Source: Candidatus Omnitrophota bacterium
Lineage (GTDB): Bacteria > Omnitrophota > Gorgyraeia > B26-G9
Length of the DNA stretch: 64,000 bases
Assembly (NCBI GenBank): GCA_043805415.1
Contig: JAZDHZ010000033.1
Location: 89,600-153,599 of the forward strand
Direction: 5' to 3'
The notes below the pieces were generated by a model. That model made no database searches and was not told the origin of the DNA. It saw only the letters and a list, made by a program, of their open reading frames with translations. Below are positions 32,819 to 41,050 of the stretch, piece by piece. Both the position numbers and the translations under genes were made by a program. The stretch's first letter is position 1, and each line of letters starts with the position of its first letter.

Positions 32819-33742
32819 TTAGTTTATTTTTTTACGAATTATTTTAGTTATTCTCAGGGCGATTTTTAGCGCTTTTTTCGCATCTTGCCCCTGCACAATA
32901 GGAGATTTTCCGGTTTTAATGCATTGGATAAAAGAATGAAGCTCTTCTACGAGCGGTTCTTTTTTTTCAACAAAAATTTCTTTCTTTGTAATTTTTTTAC
33001 CTGCTTTTTTATACATAACTATTTTTTGCAAAGCATAATCTAAACTTATGTATGAGTTTTTTTGAAAGATTCTTATTTTTCGCAGAACATCCTCGCTTAT
33101 CCGGCTTGAGGTCAGGTTGCAAACAGTTCCATTGGCAAATGTAAGCCGCACATTGGCAATATCTTCAAATGATGATATTGCTTTTACGCCAATTGCGTGA
33201 ATGCTTTTCAAAGGAGATTTAACTAAAGAAAGAACTATATCAATATCATGGATCATTAAATCCAGGATAACGCTGACATCAGTGCCGCGTAAAGGGTATG
33301 GGCTTAATCGATGGCATTCAATAAACTGGGGGTTTTTACAGAAACGCGACAGCATTTTAATTGCCGGATTAAAGCGCTCAACATGCCCGACTTGGAGAAG
33401 AACTTTGTTTTTTTTAGCTAATTTTATGAGTTTTTCCGCTTCTTGAATTTTCTTAGTGATTGGTTTCTCAACCATTACATGTATTTTATGTTGGAGAAAA
33501 TCAGCCGCAATTTTAAAATGCGAACTGGTCGGGGTAGCAATGCTTACAGCATCAGCTTGATCGAAAAGTTGTGTGTAGTCAGTATAGGCTGTTGTCGAGA
33601 AACTTTGGGCATGGGTTTTTGCTTTATCTAAATCTGTATCACAAATTCCGATCAGCTCGGCATCTTTACATTGTGCGTAAATGCGAGCGTGAATTTTTCC
33701 TAAATGGCCAGCTCCGATAACAGCAACTTTAATTTTTTTCAT
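32819..33742 (-). CDS. Gfo/Idh/MocA-family NAD-dependent oxidoreductase
   Basis: Rossmann motif KVAVIGAGHLGKIHA, EKP motif (VMVEKPI), 307 aa. Co-oriented immediately upstream of lpxB. Confidence 0.75.
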   Translation of the reverse strand: MKKIKVAVIGAGHLGKIHARIYAQCKDAELIGICDTDLDKAKTHAQSFSTTAYTDYTQLFDQADAVSIATPTSSHFKIAADFLQHKIHVMVEKPITKKIQEAEKLIKLAKKNKVLLQVGHVERFNPAIKMLSRFCKNPQFIECHRLSPYPLRGTDVSVILDLMIHDIDIVLSLVKSPLKSIHAIGVKAISSFEDIANVRLTFANGTVCNLTSSRISEDVLRKIRIFQKNSYISLDYALQKIVMYKKAGKKITKKEIFVEKKEPLVEELHSFIQCIKTGKSPIVQGQDAKKALKIALRITKIIRKKIN

Positions 33743-33811
33743 AATGTAATTAATTTAGCACATTTAAGAATATATTGTCAATCATTCTAATTTTATAAGG
33801 TTAAGTGCGGT

Positions 33812-33931
33812 CTAGAATCAATTATTTATGCTCATTCTCGCATTACATCCTGTAATGCTTCGAGGATAAATCTCTGATTTTGCCAGTCCTATCAAAATCA
33901 GGCTTTAAACCCGCCAAAATAATTATTCTAG
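33812..33931. other. ~120-nt three-stem structured element (small RNA or MITE-like), strand unknown
   Basis: The outer inverted repeat is CTAGAAT(C)AATTATTT (33812-33827) / AAATAATTATTCTAG (33917-31), 15 bp with one bulge. It encloses hairpin GCATTAC-ATCCT-GTAATGC (33840-33858). It also encloses hairpin CTGATTTTG-10 nt-CAAAATCAG (33874-33901). Confidence 0.3.
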
Positions 33932-33982
33932 CCCTTGAGTTTTAGGCTTTTCTGTTCGCTTTTTTCCGTCTTCTATTTTCTT

Positions 33983-34014
33983 GTGACATTGTGACATTGT
34001 GTCATTGTGACAAA
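33983..34014. repeat. tandem octamer array
   Basis: GTGACATT GTGACATT GTGTCATT GTGACAAA, 52 nt upstream of the lpxL-like start. Confidence 0.85.
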
Positions 34015-34065
34015 GTATTCCAACAAAATATTGACCTTAATTTAGATTTATAGTATTCTAGGGCC

Positions 34066-34971
34066 ATGAAGAAAATCATAAAGAAAAAATTCGCCTCAGT
34101 ACTAAGTGTTGTCGGTCTACGGTTACTTGTGAGTACAATTAGATTTTTGCCCAGAGGGATTACGTATTCTTGCGGCAGCATTTTGAGTAGAATTTACTAT
34201 ATATGTGCTAGGAAAAACAGAAGAACTGCGCTAATGAATTTAGGTAGTGCTTTGGGTAGCGCATTTTCTTTATCAGAATTAAGTAGAATCGCAAAAGAGA
34301 GTTTTAATACTATGGGGCATATTGTTCTCGATACCGTAAGGTATAAGGATTTTTCTAAACAGCAATTAGAATCATCAATTGAAATCCAAGGTATTGAAAA
34401 TCTGGAACAGGCTTTAACCAAAGGCAAAGGGGTTATTGGGGCAAGCGCGCATTTAGGCAGTTTTACTTTAATGGGTGGGCGATTAACCGCTATGGGGCAT
34501 AAATCTACTTTTGTCGCCAGACACGCTCGGAATAAAAGAGTTGAAAAGATTATGATGGATTTTTGCCGTCAGGCGGGTCAAAAAGTTATATTTAACCGTC
34601 CCATAGTTACTTGCATGAGACGCTGTATGCAAGTTCTTGCCCGGAATAATGTATTGATAATTGAAATGGATCAAAATTTTGGTACTGAGGGACTTGAAGT
34701 TAATTTTTTTGGAAAAACAGCTATGGTTGCCAGCGGGCCGATAAAACTGGCTTTGAGTACACAAGCAGCAATAGTTCCGATGTTTATAATCAGAAAGCCG
34801 AATAATAATCATATTATTATAATTGAACCTCAGGTAAAATTTGATATTTCGGGGAATATAGCTACAGATGTAAAAGTCAATCTGCAGAAGACGATTGATA
34901 TTATTGAAAGATATATCCGCCAATACCCTGGTCAATGGGTTAACTGGATCCATAAACAGTGGGAAGTTTGA
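34066..34971 (+). CDS. lipid A late acyltransferase family protein (LpxL/HtrB-like)
   Basis: Aligns by eye with E. coli LpxL: GKGVIGASAHLGSFTLMGG vs GRGVMVVGVHFMSLELGG; IIEMDQNFG vs WFAPDQDYG; PGQWVNWIHKQW vs PEQYLWIHRRF. Confidence 0.65.
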   Translation: MKKIIKKKFASVLSVVGLRLLVSTIRFLPRGITYSCGSILSRIYYICARKNRRTALMNLGSALGSAFSLSELSRIAKESFNTMGHIVLDTVRYKDFSKQQLESSIEIQGIENLEQALTKGKGVIGASAHLGSFTLMGGRLTAMGHKSTFVARHARNKRVEKIMMDFCRQAGQKVIFNRPIVTCMRRCMQVLARNNVLIIEMDQNFGTEGLEVNFFGKTAMVASGPIKLALSTQAAIVPMFIIRKPNNNHIIIIEPQVKFDISGNIATDVKVNLQKTIDIIERYIRQYPGQWVNWIHKQWEV

Positions 34972-34979
34972 TACATAGT

Positions 34980-35030
34980 CACGGCTTTGCTTGAACCAGA
35001 TATTTTGTTTAAGTCCGGCCGTGGCTTTTT
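34980..35030 (+). terminator. probable intrinsic terminator after the lpxL-like gene
   Basis: CACGGC (34980-85) / GCCGTG (35018-23) close a long imperfect hairpin (inner CTTGAAC / GTTTAAG). GCTTTTT follows. Confidence 0.4.
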
Positions 35031-35045
35031 ATCTCTGAGTTTATA

Positions 35046-35074
35046 TTGACATTTTGATAAGAAACATATAGAAT
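35046..35074 (+). promoter_or_regulatory. sigma70-type promoter of hisG
   Basis: TTGACA (35046-51), 17-nt spacer, TAGAAT (35069-74). Confidence 0.5.
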
Positions 35075-35109
35075 ATAAAGACATTAAAATTTAACTATTC
35101 GAAATAACG

Positions 35110-35994
35110 GTGAGGAAAATGAAGAAAAAAATAAGAATTGGATTACCCAAAGGCAGTTTACAGGAATCAACCCTGCGGATGCTTAAAAAGGCGGGATTTT
35201 CGATAACTGTTTCCAGTCGGTCATATTTTCCCAGAATTGATGATTCGGAGATAGAGGCAGTTCTTTTAAGAGCGCAGGAATTGCCAAGATATATTGAAAA
35301 TGGGGTTTTGGATTGTGGAATTACTGGTGCTGATTGGATTTTGGAAAATAACGCGAAAGTTATCGTGGCTGCTGATTTGATGTACGCGAAACAGGGAAAA
35401 ACTCCTGTGCGTTGGGTGCTTGCGGTGCCGGCTGATTCAAAAATTAAAAGTGTTAAAGATTTACAAGGTAAGCGTTTGGCTACAGAATTAGTTAATGTTA
35501 CCAAGCAATATCTTAAGAAAAATAAAGTTAAGGCTGATGTTGAATTTAGTTGGGGAGCTACTGAGGCCAAAGTTCCCGAACTAGTTGATGCTATAGTCGA
35601 ACTGACAGAAACCGGGTCGAGTTTACGGGCACATAATCTTAAAATAATTGATACTTTGTGTGAGAGTGTTACACAACTTATTGCCAATAAAACTTCTTGG
35701 AAAGATGATTGGAAACGGGAAAAGATTGAAAATATAGCAATGCTTTTAAAGGGAGCGATTTTGGCGGAAGATAAAGTTGGGTTAAAATTAAACGCCTGTG
35801 AGAAAAATCTGGATAAGATACTTGCTTTGCTGCCGGCGATGAGAAATCCAACCATATCGCATCTTTCCCGAAAAGATTGGTACGCGATTGAAATTATCGC
35901 TGATGAAAAAAATGTAAGAGATTTGATTCAAAAATTAAAAAAAGCTGGAGCGGAAGATATAATTGAATATAATTTGACTAAAGTAATACCTTAA
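35110..35994 (+). CDS. hisG: ATP phosphoribosyltransferase, long form
   Basis: [12 protein letters not shown] start, [10 protein letters not shown]-terminal regulatory domain; ~294 aa. The start is ambiguous between the GTG at 35110 and the ATG at 35119. Confidence 0.85.
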   Translation: MRKMKKKIRIGLPKGSLQESTLRMLKKAGFSITVSSRSYFPRIDDSEIEAVLLRAQELPRYIENGVLDCGITGADWILENNAKVIVAADLMYAKQGKTPVRWVLAVPADSKIKSVKDLQGKRLATELVNVTKQYLKKNKVKADVEFSWGATEAKVPELVDAIVELTETGSSLRAHNLKIIDTLCESVTQLIANKTSWKDDWKREKIENIAMLLKGAILAEDKVGLKLNACEKNLDKILALLPAMRNPTISHLSRKDWYAIEIIADEKNVRDLIQKLKKAGAEDIIEYNLTKVIP

Positions 35995-36023
35995 GCAGAA
36001 GACACCTTGAAGGAGGAATTAGA

Positions 36024-36119
36024 ATGCCTTGCGGAAGAAAAAGAAAAAGAAAGAAAATATCTACTCATAAGAGAAAAAAGAGATTAAGAAGAGATAGACA
36101 TAAGAAAAAGAACTCATAA
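36024..36119 (+). CDS. 31-aa highly basic protein, bS22 / AURKAIP1-COX24-like candidate ribosomal protein
   Basis: Not in the ORF track because it is under 60 aa. ATG lies 7 nt after an AAGGAGGA Shine-Dalgarno. Translation: MPCGRKRKRKKISTHKRKKRLRRDRHKKKNS. Resembles mycobacterial bS22 and the short bacterial proteins annotated as AURKAIP1/COX24 domain (from memory). Confidence 0.5.
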   Translation: MPCGRKRKRKKISTHKRKKRLRRDRHKKKNS

Positions 36120-36134
36120 AAGGCACATATTGTA

Positions 36135-37706
36135 ATGAGAGCTGATAAGCGAGATGCTTGCGGTGTGATATTATTGCTGTTAACACTTTCTTTTATCTTC
36201 AATGGTTGTGCTTCCCAGAAGGCATCTTTGGGGAAGAGTGTGCTTAAAACTGATTACAACAACCAAACAGTTATCAGATCGAAAAAATCAGCGGACAAAA
36301 GAAACTTGATCTCAAAAGCCTACGCACATTATTTGCGTGGGCTTTTATATGAGAAAGAGAATCAGTTGAAATTAGCAATAAAAGAATATGAGTCCGCGGC
36401 GAGTTTTGATAAAAAATCTTCGGTGATTTTTGTAAAACTGGGAACAGCTTACTTTAAACAAGGTGATTTTACCAGCGCGATTACTCAGTTTAAAAAAGTT
36501 TTAGACTATTCACCTGAGGATATCAGAGTAAGATTACTGTTGGGACTTATTTATACTTCTTTGGGGGATCTTAAAACAGCAGAAAAATTTTATGAAGACG
36601 CGATTAAGCTTGATCCTAAAAATAATCAGGCGAGTCTTAGTTTAGCTGATTTGTATGTTCTGGGACATAACTTTGACAAGGCAATAGTTGTTTATGAATC
36701 TCTTGCCCGGCAGGAAATTAATCTGCCCTATGTTTATTTCAATCTAGGGATGCTGTATAGCCAAATGGATAGATACGCTGAGGCTATTCCCTATTTAGAA
36801 AAAACAATTAGCATATCTCCTGATTATATCGAAGCGTATTTAGGCTTAGGACTTGTCTATGAATTGCAAAATGAAATTGAAAAATCGCAGCAGGCTTACG
36901 AACATGCGATTCAAATAGACCCGGCCAATGCTTTGGCTTATTTTAGGCTGGGGCAGATGTATGCGAATCGGAATAAACTCGAACAAGCACTTGAGAAATT
37001 TAAGCAGGTTTTAGTGCTTAACCCCCGAGTTGTTGATACATATTTTGAAATAGCGCATATTTATTTAAAACAAGATAAGACAGATCAAGCAATAGAAGTA
37101 TTGTCTAGTGCTGAATCATTGCTAAAAGATAAATCGCGTTTGTATCTTCTTTTAGGCTTAGCTTACAGCCTCAAAGAAGATTATATCCAAGCTGAGCAAT
37201 TCTATAAAAAAACTATTGAAATTAATCCTAATGATGAGCTTGTATATTTTTACCTGGGAGCTTTATATGAGAAACAGGGAAAACGAGAACTGGCGGAAAA
37301 ACAGTTTACAAAAACTTTGGCCATAAATCCCGATAATGCGGATGCTTGTAATTATTTAGGCTATATGTATGTAGAAGAGGGTAAGCAGCTGGATAAGGCT
37401 ATTGAACTAATAACTACAGCCTTAAAGCTTGAGCCTGAAAATGGGGCATATATTGATTCTCTGGGTTGGGCTTATTACAAAAAAGGGGAATTTATTAAGG
37501 CTCAAGAATTGCTTGAGAAGGCGGTTATCGCGTTAAGTTCTGATCCAGTAATTAATGACCATTTAGGGGACGCGTATTTTAAGAATGGCTTAAAAGACAA
37601 AGCTCAGGCTCAATGGGAAAAGTCGCTTAAACTTGATCCTAAGCAAAAAAAGGTTCAAGATAAGCTTGAATTACTAAAAAATAATGTAATTCCGGCTAAA
37701 TTATAA
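36135..37706 (+). CDS. TPR-repeat lipoprotein
   Basis: Lipobox LSFIFNGC, then about 12 TPR-like 34-aa repeats (A..Y..A...DP.N..A...LG..Y). Confidence 0.7.
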   Translation: MRADKRDACGVILLLLTLSFIFNGCASQKASLGKSVLKTDYNNQTVIRSKKSADKRNLISKAYAHYLRGLLYEKENQLKLAIKEYESAASFDKKSSVIFVKLGTAYFKQGDFTSAITQFKKVLDYSPEDIRVRLLLGLIYTSLGDLKTAEKFYEDAIKLDPKNNQASLSLADLYVLGHNFDKAIVVYESLARQEINLPYVYFNLGMLYSQMDRYAEAIPYLEKTISISPDYIEAYLGLGLVYELQNEIEKSQQAYEHAIQIDPANALAYFRLGQMYANRNKLEQALEKFKQVLVLNPRVVDTYFEIAHIYLKQDKTDQAIEVLSSAESLLKDKSRLYLLLGLAYSLKEDYIQAEQFYKKTIEINPNDELVYFYLGALYEKQGKRELAEKQFTKTLAINPDNADACNYLGYMYVEEGKQLDKAIELITTALKLEPENGAYIDSLGWAYYKKGEFIKAQELLEKAVIALSSDPVINDHLGDAYFKNGLKDKAQAQWEKSLKLDPKQKKVQDKLELLKNNVIPAKL

Positions 37707-37716
37707 AGGGGGCAGC

Positions 37717-39342
37717 ATGAATAAAATTACTTTCCTAAGAAAAATTAAAATCTTCGTTGAAGATTATTGGGTAGCCATACTGATTGTTTTTGTCGCATTG
37801 ATTTTGATGGGTTTATCTGCTATCGGGATGTCGCAACTTGAATCATATGCTCGAATTTCCGCATTGGCAAATATGCCTTTAACTATTTTAGTTATGCTGG
37901 TCAGTGGCGCGGTTACGGCTTTTATTTATGTTTCGGTTATGTTCGGCTATATGGGCAAAATGAAGACCAAGAAAGTTGATCCGACAAAAGTTAATATCAA
38001 ATTTTCTGATGTTATTGGTATTGATCAAGCTGTTCAGGAAGCGCGTGAGGTAACTCAATTATTACTTGACCGCACAGCATTAAAAAATATGGGCGCGCAG
38101 TTTATAAAAGGGATTCTGATGGTCGGGCCTCCTGGATGCGGAAAAACTTATTTAGCCAAGGCGATAGCTACCGAAACCGGAGTGCCGTTTTTAAGTATGG
38201 CCGGCAGTGAATTCGTGGAGATGTTTGTGGGTGTTGGCGCAAGCCGGATTAGAAAAATGTTTCATAAGGCACGCCGCCTTGCTTATGCTAATGGCGGCTG
38301 TATAATTTTCATTGACGAAATTGACGCGGTTGGAAGAGTGCGTTCTTTTAGCATGGGCGGCGGACAGGAAACTAACAATACACTGAACCAGCTTTTAGTT
38401 GAGCTTGATGGTGTTACTGGCAGCGCGAACATTGTTATTATCGGGGCGACTAATGCTGCTGAAGGGCATTTGGATCCGGCTTTAATGCGTCCCGGAAGAT
38501 TTGATCGGAAAATTTATTTTAATCTGCCTGATTCAGATCAAAGAGAGGCAATTTTTCAATACTATCTTAAGAAAGTAAAATGCGCGCCGAATCTTGATAT
38601 TAAAAAACTTTCGAGACAAGCTGTGGGCAAGACTCCAGCGGATATTGAAAATATTGTCCGCGAAGGAGCCTTGGTTGCCGCCAGGAACAAAATGGATTGC
38701 ATTTCTCATAAGGAATTAAGTGAAGCAATGGAACGCATAGACCTTGGACTTAAGCATCGAATGAAAATGACGGACAAAGAGCGAACAATGACGGCCTATC
38801 ATGAAGCTGGACATCTGATTGCTACTTTTTTCTTGCATCCATATGATGATGTGTTTAAGGCTTCAATTATCCCGCGCAAAAGTTCTCTGGGAGTTGTGCA
38901 TCATCAGCCTCGAGAGGAATATGTCGGACTTAATTTAAATCACATTATGGCGCAGATAAAAGTTTCATTAGCTGGATATGCCGCGGAAAAAATTCAGTTT
39001 GGGATTACGACATTAGGAGTATCCAGTGATTTTAAACAAGCAATGTTATGCGCGCATCAAATGGTTTGGAAATACGGAATGGGTATTTCCGGTCATATTG
39101 GGGATTATGATGTAATTCCCCAGCAGCAATTATCGGAAGCGCTGAAGCAACGCTTGAATGAAGAAACTAATCAAATATTACAAAATTGTTTAAAAGAAGT
39201 ACAAAATCTTTTAAAAAAGGAAAAGGATATTTTAGATAGATTTGCTAATGAGCTATTAGAAAAAGAAGAATTAGAATATGATGAGATCGAAGCTATTTTT
39301 AAAGAGTTTGGCAAAACTGCTCCTGGAACAGAAAAGACTTAG
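37717..39342 (+). CDS. ftsH: FtsH-family AAA+ zinc metalloprotease (compact paralog)
   Basis: Walker A GPPGCGKT, Walker B IIFIDEIDA, SRH GATNAAEGHLDPALMRPGRFDR, zinc site HEAGH. Two N-terminal TM helices are separated by only ~15 aa. Confidence 0.8.
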   Translation: MNKITFLRKIKIFVEDYWVAILIVFVALILMGLSAIGMSQLESYARISALANMPLTILVMLVSGAVTAFIYVSVMFGYMGKMKTKKVDPTKVNIKFSDVIGIDQAVQEAREVTQLLLDRTALKNMGAQFIKGILMVGPPGCGKTYLAKAIATETGVPFLSMAGSEFVEMFVGVGASRIRKMFHKARRLAYANGGCIIFIDEIDAVGRVRSFSMGGGQETNNTLNQLLVELDGVTGSANIVIIGATNAAEGHLDPALMRPGRFDRKIYFNLPDSDQREAIFQYYLKKVKCAPNLDIKKLSRQAVGKTPADIENIVREGALVAARNKMDCISHKELSEAMERIDLGLKHRMKMTDKERTMTAYHEAGHLIATFFLHPYDDVFKASIIPRKSSLGVVHHQPREEYVGLNLNHIMAQIKVSLAGYAAEKIQFGITTLGVSSDFKQAMLCAHQMVWKYGMGISGHIGDYDVIPQQQLSEALKQRLNEETNQILQNCLKEVQNLLKKEKDILDRFANELLEKEELEYDEIEAIFKEFGKTAPGTEKT

Positions 39343-40159
39343 TGTTTTAGTATTGGTTTTTTTGCTTATTATAAATGTTAATGGCTGTGCTCCTAGTTAT
39401 CCCAAGGAAAAACTAGCAGAGTCCTTAATTAAGATTTGTGAAAAAACATATAATATTAATGTTCAGGTGAAATTAATCGGCCGGAATATAGTTGTATTTA
39501 TCCCTTTAACTGAACTGTTTAATTCTAATCTTGATATTGCGCCTGAGGCTGTTAATAAAATTGAAAGTGTGATACTAAGTACATCACGGCTGCTTTTCAG
39601 CACAGACGCGAAAGTGGATTTTTATACGATTATTGCCGCGGATGTGCACGCAACAGCCGCGGAAGTAATCCTTGTGCGTTGCATGGATGATGTTTATAAG
39701 TTCATGCATGGGTGGATAAGCCGTGAAGAGTACAGGAAAAGAATATTGTGGCAAGTGAATTTTAATATAGAATTAATCAAAGATGCTCCTTTTAATTTTG
39801 ATATTGAGGAAATGACTATGCCGAATTTTTTGGCAGAACAAATTTCTCAGCGAATAAATCTTAAATTTAACTCTTCGATTGTTAACAAAGCTAAGGTTTC
39901 GGGCTCTTATTCTGAAGAAAAAGAACTTTTTTCCTTTTCCTTGCCGGTTAAGGATAACTCCAGGTTTAATAAAATATATGTACCGATAATTTTAAACATA
40001 GCCGAACAGGTTCTACTGCAATATAAATTTACTGGATTTAATCAGCTAGAAGTAAAAAATGAATTGTTAAGAAATTTTGTTGTTTTTGATAAGGCTGAAC
40101 TCGAGGGGTATCGGACTATTAATATTGACGAATTATTGACATTGCCATATTATGATTAG
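39278..40159 (+). CDS. hypothetical lipoprotein
   Basis: Signal peptide with lipobox IINVNGC. No family recognised. The listed ATG start overlaps the ftsH 3' end by 65 nt, so the true start is uncertain. Confidence 0.4.
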   Translation: MMRSKLFLKSLAKLLLEQKRLSVLVLVFLLIINVNGCAPSYPKEKLAESLIKICEKTYNINVQVKLIGRNIVVFIPLTELFNSNLDIAPEAVNKIESVILSTSRLLFSTDAKVDFYTIIAADVHATAAEVILVRCMDDVYKFMHGWISREEYRKRILWQVNFNIELIKDAPFNFDIEEMTMPNFLAEQISQRINLKFNSSIVNKAKVSGSYSEEKELFSFSLPVKDNSRFNKIYVPIILNIAEQVLLQYKFTGFNQLEVKNELLRNFVVFDKAELEGYRTINIDELLTLPYYD

Positions 40160-40237
40160 CTGAAATAAATTATTTAGATAACGTTTCGAAGTTAATGTAG
40201 ACGCATTTATCCGAGAATATTAACAAGGAGTTAACAG

Positions 40238-41050
40238 GTGGAAATTAAGCAATTAGAGAAAAAAGCAAAACAAATGCGGCGGGAAGTAATTAAGATGCTG
40301 ACTAAAGCCGGCTCAGGACATCCTGGCGGATCATTATCATCAACTGATGTCATAACCTGCTTATTTTTTAAAGTATTAAACCATAATCCGCAAAATCCGA
40401 ATTGGCCGGACAGAGATAGATTCCATATGTCAAAGGGCCACTGCTGTCCGATCTGGTATGTGGCTTTGGCTGAGTGCGGATATTTTGATAAAGCCCATCT
40501 GAATAATTTACGGAGTTTTGGCGCTTTATTGCAAGGCCATCCGGATGTGAATGTACCGGGAGTTGATGTGGCCAGCGGTTCTTTAGGCCAGGGCTTGTCT
40601 GTGGCTCTGGGCATGTCTTTGGCTGCAAAAATAGATAAAAAAGATTATCGGGTATACTGTCTGATGGGCGATGGCGAAATCCAAGAAGGAAATATTTGGG
40701 AAGCGGCAATGGCAGCTGCGCATTTCAAGAGTGATAATATTTGCGCGATTCTTGATCATAATGGATTGCAAATTGATGGTTGTATAAAAGATGTAATGGG
40801 AATCGAGCCTATTGCCGATAAGTGGAAGGCTTTTGGCTGGAATGTTATAGATATTGATGGACATAATATGGAACAGATCCTTGATGCCTTTGCTCTAGCA
40901 AAACAAGTAAAAGGTAAGCCAAGTATTATAATTGCCCGGACAGTAAAAGGAAAAGATGTTTCTTTTATGGAAAACGTGGTTAATTTTCATGGAGTTGCCC
41001 CAACAAAAGAAGAAGAAGCAAGAGCCTTGAAGGAGTTATCTGATGAGTAA
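40238..41050 (+). CDS. transketolase, N-terminal (TPP-binding) subunit
   Basis: GSGHPGGSLS, HPDVNVPGVDVASGSLGQG and GDGEIQEGNIWEA motifs. GTG start after an AAGGAG Shine-Dalgarno. Confidence 0.85.
   Translation: MEIKQLEKKAKQMRREVIKMLTKAGSGHPGGSLSSTDVITCLFFKVLNHNPQNPNWPDRDRFHMSKGHCCPIWYVALAECGYFDKAHLNNLRSFGALLQGHPDVNVPGVDVASGSLGQGLSVALGMSLAAKIDKKDYRVYCLMGDGEIQEGNIWEAAMAAAHFKSDNICAILDHNGLQIDGCIKDVMGIEPIADKWKAFGWNVIDIDGHNMEQILDAFALAKQVKGKPSIIIARTVKGKDVSFMENVVNFHGVAPTKEEEARALKELSDE

Noticed and set aside
34483-34953. 156-aa minus-strand ORF inside the lpxL-like gene
   Set aside because: It is antisense to a gene with clear family-wide similarity and has no independent support.
35091-35855. 254-aa minus-strand ORF inside hisG
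   Set aside because: It is a shadow ORF antisense to a clearly conserved hisG, with a Ser/Leu/Phe-rich low-information translation.
40231-40614. 127-aa and 113-aa minus-strand ORFs inside the transketolase N-subunit gene
   Set aside because: They are antisense to a gene with unambiguous TPP-binding motifs.
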